A stretch of DNA of 63,376 bases, the filler included, from Octopus bimaculoides (taxonomy: Eukaryota): the NCBI RefSeq assembly GCF_001194135.2. It is 4 parts of 4 records of this genome, joined end to end, with 100 filler letters (N's around TTAATTAATTAA, not from the genome) between each part and the next. Parts side by side here need not be neighbours in the genome. Positions count along the whole stretch, not along the records: positions 1 to 17,551 come from NC_068996.1; 3 more parts are not named here. One strand, given 5' to 3'. A model generated the notes under the pieces. The model was not told where the DNA came from. It saw nothing but the letters and a program-made list of their open reading frames with translations, and did not search any database. This document shows, one piece after another, positions 1 to 14,573 of this stretch. The position numbers and the translations under genes were made by a program. How positions within the stretch are numbered: the stretch's first letter is position 1; every line of letters begins with the position of its first letter.

Positions 1-37
1 ATATAAAGAGAGAGAGAGAGGGGGGAAATAATATTTT

Positions 38-228
38 TCTACAATAGGCACAAGGCCTGAAATTTGGGTCACTATGCAAGTTGATCACATTGACTCCAGT
101 GTTTCACTGGTACTTATTTCATCGACTCTGAAAAGATGAAAGGCAAAGTCGACCCCGGCAGAATTTGAACTCTGAATGTAGCGATGGACGAAATACAGTG
201 AAGCATTTCGTCCATCTTGCTGAATAAT
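38..228 (-). mobile_element. tRNA-derived SINE, family A (octopus OK-like), degenerate copy
   Basis: Reverse complement matches the + copy at 45632-45845 (ggcacaaggcc...tcgaccc...gatgaaaggcaaagtcgacc...gaatttgaactc, the reverse B-box). Confidence 0.8.
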
Positions 229-247
229 AAAAATGGTTTCAAATTTT

Positions 248-452
248 GGCACAAAGTTAACTATTTGAGGTGGGGAGGGTTGTAAACCAGTTACATTGAT
301 CCCAGTAACTCAACCGGTACTTATTTTATCAACCCTGAAAGAATGAAAGACAAAGTTGACCTTGGCAGCATTTGAACTCGAAATGTGAAGACTGATGAAA
401 TTCTGCTAAGCATTTTACCCAGCATGCTAATGATTCTGCAAGCTTGCTTCGT
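248..452 (-). mobile_element. tRNA-derived SINE, family A, degenerate copy in tandem with the previous one
   Basis: Same motifs: ggtacttattttatcaaccctgaaag...aaagttgaccttggcagcatttgaactc. Confidence 0.75.
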
Positions 453-694
453 TAATAATAACAACAACAACAATAATAATATTAATAACAACAATAATTA
501 GTAATAATCCTTTCTACCACAAATATTTTTTACAGCATGACTAACCTGTCTTATAAACAATTGAAACTGGCAACATATTTTCATAAAAATGTGAATTTTT
601 TTTTTTATGTATAATAAAGTTCTCAAGGCATTTTCTTTGTTTTGTTTTTTAATAATTTATTTGTTTGAAACTTCTCTTAACCTTCTTAACACAG

Positions 695-756
<62 letters not shown>

Positions 757-2179
757 GAAGATAGTAATAAGAATAACAATTGAATAAGAACTAGCCTTTG
801 GCAACCCATCCCACCCATGTCAACTTGGAAAATAAGCTATAAAATAATGTTGAGATTCCTGATAATATTGTCTTGAATACATTGTCTTGTATTTAGTGTT
901 TTATTAGTGTATTCACCCTCTCCCCTCCATGCTTCCATCTTATTTTGTACGGTACTATATTAAGATTGCTTTAGGTTTAATTCTTCTGCTCCTGTTTGAA
1001 CCACCAATTCTCATATAATTATTTAACTCTATTTCATAGTCAACAACTTAGAATAATTTTTTCCTTCTGTGATAAATGTGAAATTTCAATGGATGTCTTT
1101 TAATTAAAGATTTGTTACTTCATGCAACAGTATTTATGTTTGCAACACTATGCTATCAGACTCACTATGAAAATTCCTTTTATTTTAAAAATACTTCTGT
1201 TCAGTGCATTTCAAATTATTTTTCTAAATCACTTATGTTTTCTTTCCCCTTAAGCTGGAGTCTACTATATTAAATGCAAAATTTGTTTTTCCCATGTGCT
1301 CTTGCTTTTAGACAATATAGACATAATAATCTGAATTCTATGTTCAAACTTGATGTATATGTGTGTGTAATGAGTAAGATTATGGAGGCAAGGAAGACAA
1401 ACGAAACATAATTAAAGCCTAAAAGTAGTTAACAAAAACAACAATGGAAGAAATGTATCCAATGAAAATAAATATACCAATGAAAAAAAAAAAAATACTT
1501 TTATTAATCAACTCTAATAATTCTTTATACAATTATATAATCATAAACTTGGTATATATTTTCAGTTGAAATATTGTCTGATATTCATTTTGTTTTTTTT
1601 TAATTTGTAGAAATTTTGCATTTATATAGTAACTGTTATTCTCTTACATAACTTTCAACAAGCATGCTTGCTTCTCTTATTAGATAAATCATTATATCTA
1701 ATACTTATGCAGATTGAAGAAATTTTTTCTAATCTTCATTAATTTATTTAATTATATTATTTCTTATATTCCAAACAGATTTGACCTTTTCATTTAATTT
1801 TTTCTCATGCTTCATCTTTTTTTTTTTCTGTTTTAAGGAAGATATCATTTTTTCCTTATAACGCATAACCCCTATAGTTCAATTTTCCCTGGTTTTAAAT
1901 GAGTTGTTCTTTAGATTTTTACCACAGAAGGAATATAACTTCATTTTTGGATTATTTTTATTCTCCCCACAGATAGCCTAGTTTGAGTTTTCTATTTATA
2001 TCTTTATAATACAGAATGTCTTTCCAGCTCCTTTATAGCCTTCAAGATATTTTTTCAGAGTTTTCAAGCTCCATTTATATGAACAGTTAAATTTATTACA
2101 TTAAATAAATCTACAGGACAAAACTCTAATTCTTTCCTCTATCATTCATTTATATTCCATTCTTTTCTCCTGATAGTTA

Positions 2180-4510
2180 CATCATCACCATCATCATCAT
2201 TTAACATTTGTTGTCCGTAAGTTGGATGGTTTGACCGGAGCTGGCAGGCTGGAGAACTGCACCAGGGCCCCAGGTCTGATTTCAACCAATAGTTATTGAT
2301 TGTGAACAACTTTGCTTCTCTCCATGGGGACAAGGTTTAGCAAATTATTTCCCAACAAACTTTTCCAAGTTCTGTCCCACTGTTGAGCAGAATAGAGAAG
2401 TGCTTTTCTACAATATGGAGGGAGTAAAGAAAGCCTTGTGATTAAAAACTGACAGAAGTATGGTTGCATATTTACTTATTCTGAAGTAGTGGTTTCTCAA
2501 GCATGGCATAGTCATTGCCTCCATGAGGTCCAGCACTGAAAAGGTGCTTTTCGTGTGCCACTGGCATCAGCCACTTTGCTCCCATGAGGCCCAATGCTTG
2601 AAAGGTGCTTTTTATGTGACACCACCGTCGGCCACGACTGATTTCACTTAACTTGGCAGGTCTTCTTAAGCACAGCATATTGCCAAACATCTCAGTCACT
2701 AGTCATTGCCTCTGTGAGGTCCAACATTCAAAGATCATGCTTTACCCCCTCGTCTCATATCTTCCTGAGTTTACCTCTACCACAGGTTCCCTCCACAGTT
2801 AGAGATTAGCACTTCTTTACACAGCTGTCCTCATTCATGTACATCACATGACCATACCAGGGCAGTTGTCTCTCTTGCACATCACATCTAATGCCTCTTA
2901 TGTCTAATTTTTCTCTCATGATGCTTACACTCTGTTGAACGTGTGCACTGACATTGCACATCCAGTGAAGCATACTGGCTTCATCTCTTTCAAGCCTATG
3001 CATGTCCTCAGCTATCACAGCCCATGTTTCACTGATGTATAGCATAGTTGTTCACACAGAGGCATCATACAATCTGCCTTTTACCTTTTGTTGTCAGCAG
3101 AGGTAGGAGCTCTCTGAATTTTGCCCACCCTATTCTTATTCTCACAGCTATGTTTTTGGAGCATCCACTTCTGCTACTAACTTGGTCACCTAGATATGGA
3201 AGCTGTTTACTACCTATAACTTACCCACCTGGCAGTGAATGGAATCTATTTTCTGTGCATCTTCCACACATGAAAGCTATTTTTCTTGTTAATTTTCCTC
3301 TGATATTGCTGCACCTCTTATGTGTCCATAACCTACACTGGGTACATCTTATGGAGTTTCTATCTATGCCTTTTCTACAGATCAAGCAGGGCTGTCTTCC
3401 TGAGGGGATTTGTAATTTGTCTGCTTTCCTATTTACAAAGACTTTGGTTTTTGTGAAGTTAACTCTAAAACCTTTTGATTTTAGACCTTGCTTCCATACC
3501 TGAAACTTTTTCTCTATTTCTGGCAGTGATTGAGCTATTAGAGCAAGGTCATCAGTGTAGAGGAGCTCCCTGAGCAGCCTGTCTTAAATTCCTCTGTTAT
3601 TGCCTGGAGGACTAGAATGAACAAAAGGGGGCTGAGGATTGATCCTTGGTAAACCCCTACTTGTACTCTGGATTCCTCACTGTACTTGTTGCCAACCTTC
3701 ACCTTACTGACAACATCCCTGTACATCACTTGTACAGCTTCCACCTACCAGTCATCTATCCTTCCTTTCCACATAGAGCACCAGATAAGGGTGATCCTGT
3801 CAAAGGCTTTCTCCAAGTCAACAAAAGCCAAGTACAGGGGTATATCTTTGACTATGTATTTCTCCTGCATCTGCCTTCGCAGAAATATAGCATCAGTGGT
3901 GCTTCACCATGACACAAAACCAAGCTGGATCTCATCCAGACCAACTCTCTCCCTGATTACTTGGGCTATGAACCTCTCTGTAAATTTCATCCAACAATTT
4001 GATACCTCTGTAATTAGTTCTATCTCAGGTATCACTTTTACCTTTGTTGCATTTGACTATGATGTTGCTACACCAGTCATTGGGTATAACTCTTCCGCGT
4101 ACCACCTGGTTTACAATACGAGTGACTAGACCATAACCCACACCGGCAGATATTTTAAGTATCTCAGCGGGGAGCTTTCCCTGTTTTCATCTTAATTGCT
4201 TTATCTACCAAGGTACTGTCAATTTGGATAGCTGGTCCCTCAGTTAGATCAACATTTAGCAGACTCTCCTCCTCCCATTCATTATCTACATTCAGCAGTC
4301 TTTCATAATGGCAACTCCAAGCCTCTTTCTTTGCAGAATCATTAAATGCAAGTACACCAACATCCATGTGGACAGATTTCTCTCCTGTGACATCGCAATT
4401 TTCTCTCACACACTGCCTTGCAATCCAAAACACTTCAAGTCTTTGGGCCTCACATTGCTGAACATTGGCAAACTTGTTCTTTTCTGCTTTTCCCCTGGCT
4501 AGATATACAG
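2180..4510 (-). mobile_element. RTE-clade LINE, 5'-truncated and decayed (RT region, 3' UTR, (GAT)n tail)
   Basis: ORF fragments GVYQGSILSPLLFILVLQAITEEFKTGC (RT motif), KAIKMKTGKAP (pre-RT) and ETWAV...RLERDEASMLHWMC...LPWYGHV (RTE C-terminus). (CAT)n at 2180-2200 is the tail. Confidence 0.9.
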
Positions 4511-7039
4511 ATTGAATAACCCTTACAATTCCCTAGTTTTCAAACAAGGTTACCATATTGCCTATAGAAACCATGATTTCTCTCTTTTACTGAATATGAC
4601 ATGCATATATAATGAAATTATGGATATAGAATTAAATACAAAAAATGCCCCCCCCCCCAAAAAAAAGAAAAATTGCATATAAATGGCTTAATTAACACTA
4701 TTTCTTGTGGAACCTTAAGCGGCCTCTCAGGAAACCCTGGGGTTTGGAGGTATCTTGATTAGAAATGATGCATTGGAATATTTAGCTAAATAAGAGGTGT
4801 ATATCACGATCATAGTCCATAAACAGAATTTTTACCTCTATTTCAAAATGCAGAAGCACAAATGCATACCCTCTTAATCAGTTATGCAACTTTGAAGTAA
4901 TTATCTATGAGGCAAAGGTCACTTCAACTAAACCAAATTTAAATAATGTGCCTCAACATATTTTGATGGATGAAACAATTATTTTGTCTCGTTTTGGAGC
5001 ATAAAAAAGCATAACTTTGCTTTTGATCACGATAATTATTGAATTATGTTTCAGCATTGAAAGATGTAAAGTATTGGCAATAAAATGAATAATCCACAAA
5101 GTATGTAAATCACCAAAAAGACAAAAAAAAAAAAATGCATATGGATTTATGCTGAGAAGAAACTCATAGTAATAAAACCCATTAAATTTGCTATTTAAAC
5201 ATCTGTTGAGTATTCTTCAATAAATGTTGTCACTTCTGTAAGGATCCACTGAGAAAATTGGGAAGCTTGGCCACCTCTGAAATCAATAGATTAACAACTA
5301 GCTATTTACCAAGGTAACTTACATTATTCTGTTTCTGTTCAGCACTCCTTTTATAAACTATTTTCTGCTCTATCTCTAATGTGGACAGCCCTTTACTGTT
5401 ATAGTCTCTGTCACACTATATCAACCTTTATTTCTAATTCAATACAGTGAGCATGACTTCCTCGTCTATTATCACAGTGCAATGTATGTTATCTCAGGAA
5501 TTCAACCTTTTAATTATATATAGGCACCTATATTGTAAGCATTTATCTCTGTTTCACACCTTTATTCAAATCTAGTGAAATCACTCATCTTAAACTATTC
5601 CTAGTCAACAAGTAATGAGTTATATCACTTACCACAACAATTAGAAGTTTTACTTACCATTTCAAATCATTTCCCATTATCAATGTTATGCATAGTAAAT
5701 TATGTGGATTTTGCTATGTCATTTGGTGATTATGCCGGTATCATCCGGATGTTGCGTGTGTCCTGTCTTATGAAACTTGATGACAGGAAGAATAATCACT
5801 AAAGCAGTATATTTTAATATATGTATGCATGTATGTGTGTGTGTGTGTGTGCACATGCATGCACACGCACACACACACACGTGTTTTGGTTGCTTCAATT
5901 GTCTAACCTTAATTATTTTGGTGAGCATGATATGGTGTTTGACTTCTGTAAAGCCAATTGCTTTGATACCTCTCTGTTCTGTAGTATCTTATCTCTTAGT
6001 CATCCAGTCAGTATATACACAAATAATGGAATTTCCTTGGGCTGCTGAACCCATGTGTTTACCATAAAATACATGATTTATTCACCCTACATTTAGGTTC
6101 TACTGTTGTAGTAACTCTTATTCTTGATCACTTAAACTCACTGACCAGATATTTTATTCTCAGAAGTCTGAGATGAGTTATTGTTAATGAAATTTTTCAG
6201 CCTATTAGAATTGACCTTATGAATGAAATACTCGTTAATATTTACATCTAAACTAAATTTCCATCAGCATGATCTCCAGTTGCCATCCTGGGTACCTACT
6301 TAGTAACATGCAGGATTCAAACAAGGAACTTCTATTTCTAAAGTAAAAGTAATAATTGTTTTTTTTCTTTTTTTTTTTTTTATACTTAATGTGTCATTAT
6401 GTTAGTTTAGCAACAAATAAAATACTCCTTGTTTCAATCCAGTCCAGTTTGATGTACGTAACCACTGGTATGACATTTGATGAGAGTGACCAGTGCTCTG
6501 GAAATGTATTGCAGAAATAAATATTAAAAAATATTTCATTAATCAACTTAGGAGCTTCAAAAAATAGTAGTTCTAATGAAAAATATCTACATTTCTATCT
6601 AAGTTTATTTCAAAATGTGATTCAAATGTTTTAGTCTCTCTCAGCAGATTCCATGTATATCCATACATACACACATAAATAAATATACAAATATGTATGT
6701 ACACATGTGTGTGTGTATGCACATATATGTACATATACATACACACACACATACACATAACACTTTAGCTAGGTGTAAAATACACCTAAGGGATATTTAA
6801 TATCTAAAGAATTTACTGGTTTATATTACCTATATCAATAGTTAAGAAGGTATGTTAATTTGATGAAGCATCATTATATATTTAAACGGATCTGATTATT
6901 CTTAAAAAACTTTGTTATTAATGAAGCAGAAACAGCTGTAATTTACGAGATGTGTGATTTGCTTGTATAAATATTTAAATTTAATTGAATTCATAATTGT
7001 TCAATTTATTGTTTTGTTTTTGAATTTCTGATTTATATC

Positions 7040-7335
7040 CATCATCATCATCGTTTAACGTCCACTTTCCATGCTAGCATGGGTTGGACGATTTGACTGA
7101 GGACTGGTGAAACCGGATGGCAACACCAGGCTCCAATCTGATTTGGCAGAGTTTCTACAGCTGGATGCCCTTCCTAACGCTAACCACTTAGAGAGTATAG
7201 TGGGTGCTTTTACATGCCACCGGCACGAAGGCCATTCAGGCGGTACTGGCAACGGCCATGCTCAAAATGGTGTATTTTATGTGCCACCCGCACAAGAGCC
7301 AGTCCAGGGACACTGGCAACGATCTCGCTCGAAAA
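7040..7335 (-). mobile_element. RTE LINE 3' UTR fragment with (GAT)n tail
   Basis: catcatcatcgtttaacgtccactttccatgctagcatgggttggac is the reverse complement of the tail at 17340-17403. Confidence 0.85.
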
Positions 7336-7852
7336 TTCTTACACATGTAAGGGGCAAGAGAGAGAGATGTATATGTTGGACTGATGAAAGTGGCATGGTA
7401 CAATCAAGAAAAGTTGGTGACGCATTTGAATAGAATAGCATTTAACTTGCTATTTGAAAGCAAGAACAAGTGCCTACTGACTTTGAGGGAAGATTCGTAT
7501 GAGTTCCGTGTAACTGCCAATTCTTATGAAAAGCTGAATTAGTAAGTCATGAGCGGTCATACGGCAAGGACAAAAGTGAGACTCATATTGGAACATACTT
7601 CCTCCAAGACCAAAACAAAACTTGTATCTAATTTATAAAATGGTTTTTAGGTGTACTAGGGGCCTGAAAAAGAATATAAGAACATACAAAAATGCAGCTG
7701 CCAAGCTATTCGAGACCCATCACAAACTTGCCAATAGTTAAAGGAAAGTATGTTAATCAGAAGCTGGACACACGAGTAATTCAAACAAGCATGCTTGTGC
7801 AGAGTTTAGAAACATGAATATTTAAAAAGCGATAGCTATCTTATATGCATGT

Positions 7853-7888
<36 letters not shown>

Positions 7889-7964
7889 CATACATATAAG
7901 AGGTGTAACAAATGTGTAGGTACAATAAGCACTAAAAATGTGCAGACGATAAGCTCCCTCAAAT

Positions 7965-8796
7965 GCTCAGGGGGTCATTAGATGTTGTTGATAGCTTCTG
8001 TTACCTAGGAGACCAAGTTAGCAGTGGAGGAGGAAGTGTATTTGCTAGAATAAGAATGGGCTGGGCAGAGTTCAGAGAGCTTCTACCCTTTTTGGTAACT
8101 AAGGGCCTCTCCCTCAGAGTGAAAGGCAGATTGTATGATGCTTGTGTATGTACAATTATGTTACATGGCAGGAGGAACATGGGCTTTGACTACAGAAGAC
8201 TTGAAGAAGCTTGAACGAAATGAAGCCAGTATGCATTACTTGATGGGTAATATCAGTGCACACACACACACAACAGAGTGTAAATGATTTAAGAGGAAAA
8301 CTGAGTATAAAAAGCATCAGATGTTGTGTGTTGACTGGTTTGGTTCTGTGATGCCTATGGATGGGGACAGCAGCTTAAAGAAGTGCCGAGCTCTAATTGT
8401 AGAGAGTATCTGTGGAAGAGGTAGCCCCAGGATAACACAGGACAAAATGGTGAGAAAGGATCTTCAAGTGCTGGGCCTCATTGAGAAAATGACAAGGGAC
8501 CAGGAGTTGTGGCAGTTTGCTGTACTTGATAAGACACGTCAAGCTAAGTAAGATTGCTATCTTCCACACATACAGGCTTGTCGTTTCAGGTGCCTGGGCT
8601 ACATAAAAACGCACCTATGCTTGTGCTGCATAACACACCCCAGCACACTCTATTAAATGGTTGACAGTAAGAAGGGCACCTTGCCATAAAAACCATGCCA
8701 CAACAGACAATTAGTGTCTGAACAGCTGGCCAGCTCCATGTCAAACAGTCCAATCCATGCCAGCATAGAAAGCAGACATTAAAAAATGATGATGAT
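7965..8796 (+). mobile_element. RTE LINE 3' fragment
   Basis: GSLDVVDSFCYLGD...RIRMGWAEFRELLPFLVTKGLSLRVKGRLYDACV, then GRGSPRIT...DL..LGL...WQFAV. The 3' UTR ends in gatgatgat. Confidence 0.9.
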
Positions 8797-8805
8797 TATT
8801 ACATG

Positions 8806-8919
<114 letters not shown>

Positions 8920-8927
8920 CACACACA

Positions 8928-9789
8928 CAGTGTGTGGCAAAATGATTTGACATATTTGTAGGTTTAATAAAAATGAAATAAAGTAAAGAACGAAAAATGT
9001 GTTTGTATTTTCAAAATGACCATATAATACCATTTTGTCTCATTTGGTTTTAAAAATTAAATCAGTTAAGTGGTGTTGTTACTGTTGAAGGCATTCATGA
9101 AAGTTGTCTCGACGGGTCATTTCATGTGGAATGGCAGCAATTGCTTGATGAATGGCATCTTTTAATTGTTCAAAAGATCGAGGGCGATGAGTGTATACTT
9201 TTAATTTCATGTATCCCTACAGAAAAAAATCGCACAGCTTCAAATCAGGTGATTGGGTGGGCCAATTGATGTCACCACGCAATGTGATCAAATGACTAGG
9301 GAACATCTCACTCAAAATCACCATCACACATCGAGAAGTGTGGGCTGTTCTACAATCCTGTTGAAACCAAACATTGTGCCTATCGTCAAGTTCTTTCGAT
9401 TTGCATTTCAGAAAAGTCTCTAGAATCCACACAATATCAATCAGAGTTCACAGTCACCATAACATTGTCTTCTTCAAAGAAATACAGACCCCAAATACCA
9501 AATCCTGCTGCCACAGAATTTCGAGTAGGTATGTGCTCACGGAACACTCATCGTATTGCGGTTATGGATTCATTGTTCTTGATAAACTTTTCCCTCAATG
9601 AAAACGCGATGCTCGCCCACCCAATACATGTTGACAGCTGAAAATGAAATTAAATAAAATGTTACAAATTCCACCAATTGAAACAAAATGGTATTATATG
9701 TACATTTCGAAAATAAAAATACATTTTTCGTTCTTTACTCTATTTCACTTTTATTAAACCTACAATGTGTCAGATCATTTTGCTGCACC

Positions 9790-9792
<3 letters not shown>
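8928..9792 (-). mobile_element. Internally deleted Tc1/mariner-superfamily element, DD41D (rosa-type), ~110-bp TIRs
   Basis: TIRs at 8928-9037 and 9684-9792 (CAG.GTG..GCAAAATGAT...) with TA-repeat flanks. Transposase remnant WFQQD...WPTQSPDLKLCDFFL has 41 residues between the 2nd and 3rd Asp. An N-terminal remnant lies at ~9560-9630. Confidence 0.85.
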
Positions 9793-9844
<52 letters not shown>

Positions 9845-11790
9845 NNNNNNNNNNNNNNNNNNNNNNNNNNNNNNNNNNNNNNNNNNNNNNNNNNNNNNNN
9901 NNNNNNNNNNNNNNNNNNNNNNNNNNNNNNNNNNNNNNNNNNNNNNNNNNNNNNNNNNNNNNNNNNNNNNNNNNNNNNNNNNNNNNNNNNNNNNNNNNNN
10001 NNNNNNNNNNNNNNNNNNNNNNNNNNNNNNNNNNNNNNNNNNNNNNNNNNNNNNNNNNNNNNNNNNNNNNNNNNNNNNNNNNNNNNNNNNNNNNNNNNNN
10101 NNNNNCCCCCCCCCCCTATTTCACTAATTTTACACACTTACATAGTGTACACATTCATATATACCTTTTCATTTCACTTTGGTATGGAACAAGAAACTAT
10201 GGATAGTTATCCAGATTCCCCCACCTCCACCTGCTATAACACCAAATGAACTTTAACCATTATGTTATCACTAAACAACCTCCAGCACTAATTCTGTGTC
10301 ATAGATCTTATCTACTGTTACCAGTGAGTCATGTAAGCATTTCATTGTCTCCAGTCTCATGACTACCCTCACTGTTAAGATTGTTCAGTGCTTCTCAACT
10401 ATCTTTGCTTCATTTCATTCTTCTATAATTCTCTTTGTAGTTATTTTCTAATTATTATTTTCACTGATCATAATATCATGTTCAATTAAATTTTATTCTT
10501 TCATACTGATTGAGGCTACTCTTGTGGTGACTCAGCTGGGCTTTTGTAGTTGTTATTATTTCCACACCAGTTTTCATCAGGTTTGCTGTATGCTTTTATG
10601 ATTGTGGTTAAATGTACGACTTCCTTATTAAGGTGGCAATGAGTGTGATACCTAATTGTTCTTATTTTCTGATAATTTGATAGATTAGTGGAGAGAAAGA
10701 GAGACATGATGTATTAATCCTTGCTTACCCATGTGACAGAATTAGCAATAAACTTAACTTTTAACACCCTGTTGATAAACTTTTATTTTGAACAAGACAT
10801 AACTCATACAAAATGGACATGATAATGTAAAGCAAAATATTAGAGGCATTGCAATTTTAAAATTAATTCTTAACGTTCAGTTGAAAATTTTGTAAATCAG
10901 TTATTCCTTTAATAAGCAAAAAACACCTAAAAATGGACTTGTTTATTCAAATGTTTATAGTATATTTACATGTTATCGTAATATCATGAAAATTGGTATT
11001 ATGGTAAAAAAAAAAAAAAATTTTTAATGTAAATAGTCACTATGCTAATGATAAAGTTGTGCATGTGTGATTAGTGATATATTGCATAATGTTTAATTTG
11101 TTATTTAATAGCTAAAAGAGATACACCAAGAAAAACAATCAAAAGCATAAATGATATGGGATTACTGACAGACATAAACAGCAAAAAATGTTTTTCCTTA
11201 GAATTTTAGCAGCTTTCCATTATGAAATTTACAGATAAGTTTAGTTCCTTCCTTTAGAAATTAGTTAGCCAACCAAGCACCAAAATTTCAATAGGAAAAA
11301 CTCCAAAAGTAAATTGAAAGTATTCAACATATGAATTCATTTTGGTAATAATTATGACGTTTGTAAACAATTTCTAGATACAAGAGAAGAAGCTTAACGA
11401 GCAGCAGTTACTTAGATCCCCCCCCCCCCNNNNNNNNNNNNNNNNNCATCAGACTTCTTTCAAAGCAAGATACTATTTCACTCCTCCTGCAATATTTTTC
11501 TGTCTTTTAAATATTAATTGTAATGTGGAATTAGGATTATCCACGGCTGCTCTCCTCCATTCTGTAACATTTCCAATGTTATGTTATTTTTTCCCCTTCT
11601 GGCATTGTCTTTATCAATTTTAAAGCAATGATCAAATGATTAGCATTTTTTACTATCTGAACGAATAGAGAGTTGAGCATCACTAATGATTTAAAAAGAT
11701 GGTTCTAAAAGGTTTCACACACATCTTCTCTTTGCTTACTGTGAGTTCATCTTTGTACTTGAGTGCCATCGCTCTCTTTTATCTCTTCAA

Positions 11791-12010
11791 CCAATTAGCA
11801 TTCAGATTACTCTGTCAAATGCTGTGCTTATTTAGTCACATTGTTTTAAATTAATCATTTACTATCTCATAGCTTTGAGATTTTGATGATGTGACTGTTT
11901 ATCTTTAGAATGACTTTGTAGGGTAGATGTGAGAGACTGAATCTGGCTGGTTTGAACATAAAACAGGTAGAATATTTGGGCCAGGTATATTTGATTTAAA
12001 TGCTAATGGG
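11791..12010. mobile_element. piggyBac-like MITE (degenerate)
   Basis: Ends cc..ttagcatt and aatgctaatggg are short TIRs, with TTAA-like flanks (tcaa / ttag). Confidence 0.55.
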
Positions 12011-14536
12011 TTAGGCTTTACCTGTCTTCTGCAGCTTTTCTAATCTCTATTTCTCAAACTCTCTCTTCTGATATTCTCTCATCACCTTTCAGAGAGCTGA
12101 AAACTCAAAGTGATTTTTCCATGATCTGTGTCTGTTGCATTTTCTTTATTTCTTTCAAGATTCTTTCATTTGATATCTACAAGACAACTGTCGTTGTTCT
12201 CCACATGCAACCTTTCATTTTCAACACCTGTGAATTGTAGTCATTGTTAATGCCAAGTTTACTTCCATATAGAATCTTACAATAATATCACATTAAAGAC
12301 TTTGATATAGGGATTCTTCAAGGAGATGTGCAGTGTCTTTTTCTCTTCAATCTTGTCCATGACAATCTATGTTCATAGCTCGTGACCATTTGCTGGTGTT
12401 GAATGGTTCAGCAGCTGAAATATCTTGTGTTGTTTGTCAATTGCAATATAAGCAATTTCTATGAATATATTTTAAATAATTTTACAATTAAGCGAAATGA
12501 TAAAGTAGAATGGTCTAAGATTAATTAGTTTTCCATTTTGATATATATTTGTATGTGAGAGAGTTGCTTGTGCATGTCCATGTGTGTATGAATGTGTATC
12601 ATATGTTTATAATACAAACACATTAAATGATATATTTGTATGAAGTAGACATCATTGTGTTGTTTCTAATCCTTTGTGTAACTAATGCCATCCAACACTC
12701 TGTGTGTGTGTTGTTCTTTTATATGTGTATCTACTGTAGTATTGGTGTATGCATATATGTATGCGTTTGATTTTATCTGTGCTTGTCTGTCTGCTTACAC
12801 GTGTTTGTCCATAAAAATACATTCAGAGATGCATGTATGTATAAAGAAAGATAAACTTTGACTGCCATGTTATTTATATTTATATATTATTATATAATAT
12901 CATAGAATGTACAACAAAGCTGCCAATTTTCTTCTATCTGTAATGGCAATTATTCTGTATATATGTGTGATGTTCTGGTACATTAGCAAATAATTCTTTG
13001 ATACACAGGTATCAGCACTTATTTTAAATATTTTTGTTTAGTGAATGATACTTCAGTGCTCAGCTGCTGAGAAAATACAATAGTTTTGTGTGTGTTGGTT
13101 TTTTGTTTAGTTATTTAAAATGTTTAATATATTTGTCGAGATTAGTACAAGAAAAATAGGTCTATTGTTGCTACATTGTCAAAGGTCAAGTGATATTCAC
13201 TAATTATCATGATTTGGGTTTTTTTCCCCTCCAATTTTATTTCATTTAATGCTTAGTTTCTATGGTTGTTATTTTTTCTTTCAAATATCTTCCTGTAATT
13301 TTCTTTAAGGAATGTTATTTGTATTGTTTGCTACTTAGTTTCAAAAATTTGTTCTATTTTTTGATGACACTATGCTAGATAGAGATTCCTTATTTAGCAA
13401 TATAGTTGGATCATTGTGAACCCAGTTTTTTTTCCCAAACCTCTATGTAGTCTATTGTTTGTTTGTTTGTTTGTGTGTGTGTGTGTGTGTGCTATGTTAA
13501 AAAGCACCCAGTACATTCTCTAAAGTGGTTGGTTTCAAGAAGTGCATCCAGCCATAGAAACTAGAGCAAAGCATACAGTAGAGCTAAGCATACAGTAGAG
13601 CTTAGCATATATGGTAGGCCCAAGGTTAGACTTGAAACCATATTTCAAACTTGTATACCACTTTATCACATACATATATGTAGATAGGTAGATATATGTA
13701 TGTACTTGATACAAAGATTAGAAACAAAACACTGTGAATACGGCTGAAAAACAGCATGTGTACATGCACACACATACACACGCAAAATCCACCAATATCT
13801 TTTACATGCAAAATAGTTCAATAAGTTTAATACTTGAAGTGAAGATGTTCAATCCTTCACCTGAAAGAAAATGCAGTGAAGGAAAAACATATGGAAAGAG
13901 AGAGAGAGAGAGAGAGAAGTGAGTGAAAAAGGTTTATAATAATTATAATTGAGGAAAGGAGCAAAAAGAAGATGAAAGGCTATAAGCTATTGATAAATAG
14001 AGGTATGATGGATGCTGTCCTTTGAGATGGAATGAGAAAGGGATGGGTATGGGTGTCAGAGTGTGTACACTCAATAGCAGGCATGTAGTGAGGTATAGTT
14101 GTGTGTTTGGTTGAGATGTCTGTGTATGTATGTGCAAATTTGGTGAACTGGTGAGAGCATGAATTTCCATATATGTATGAATATATTAACCAATAAAGTG
14201 GTGTTGTCAAATTTGAATAATAATTATAGTACAGGGGTGGTGTTGGGGGTGGGGGGTTGTTGGAGAGATAGAAAGAGCTTATGTGCTTAAAATGATCTTG
14301 GAAGAAAAAATTAGATTTGAGAGAGTAAAATGGGCACGTAATCTACTTACAAGCTGAAGAAAATGTAAACTTAGAGCTAGAACATGTATTGTGAAAGTGG
14401 AAGCTAAAATTAAAGCCAGTTTTATAAAAAAAGAAAAGCCAAGCCCAAGAAATGGAGGTATAGCCAGAGAAGCAAGGTGTGTCTGTAAGTGCTTTGAATG
14501 TGTCTGACTCCATTGAAAGTTCAAATGTATGAGTAT

Positions 14537-14537
<1 letters not shown>

Positions 14538-14573
<36 letters not shown>

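Noticed and set aside
3048-4129. Plus-strand ORFs of 88-151 aa (also 15371-15661)
   Set aside because: Antisense frames of decayed RTE reverse transcriptase sequence.
12240-12440. Possible exon or ancient LINE remnant (LYGS..W-like on the minus strand)
   Set aside because: Too degraded to support either call from the sequence alone.
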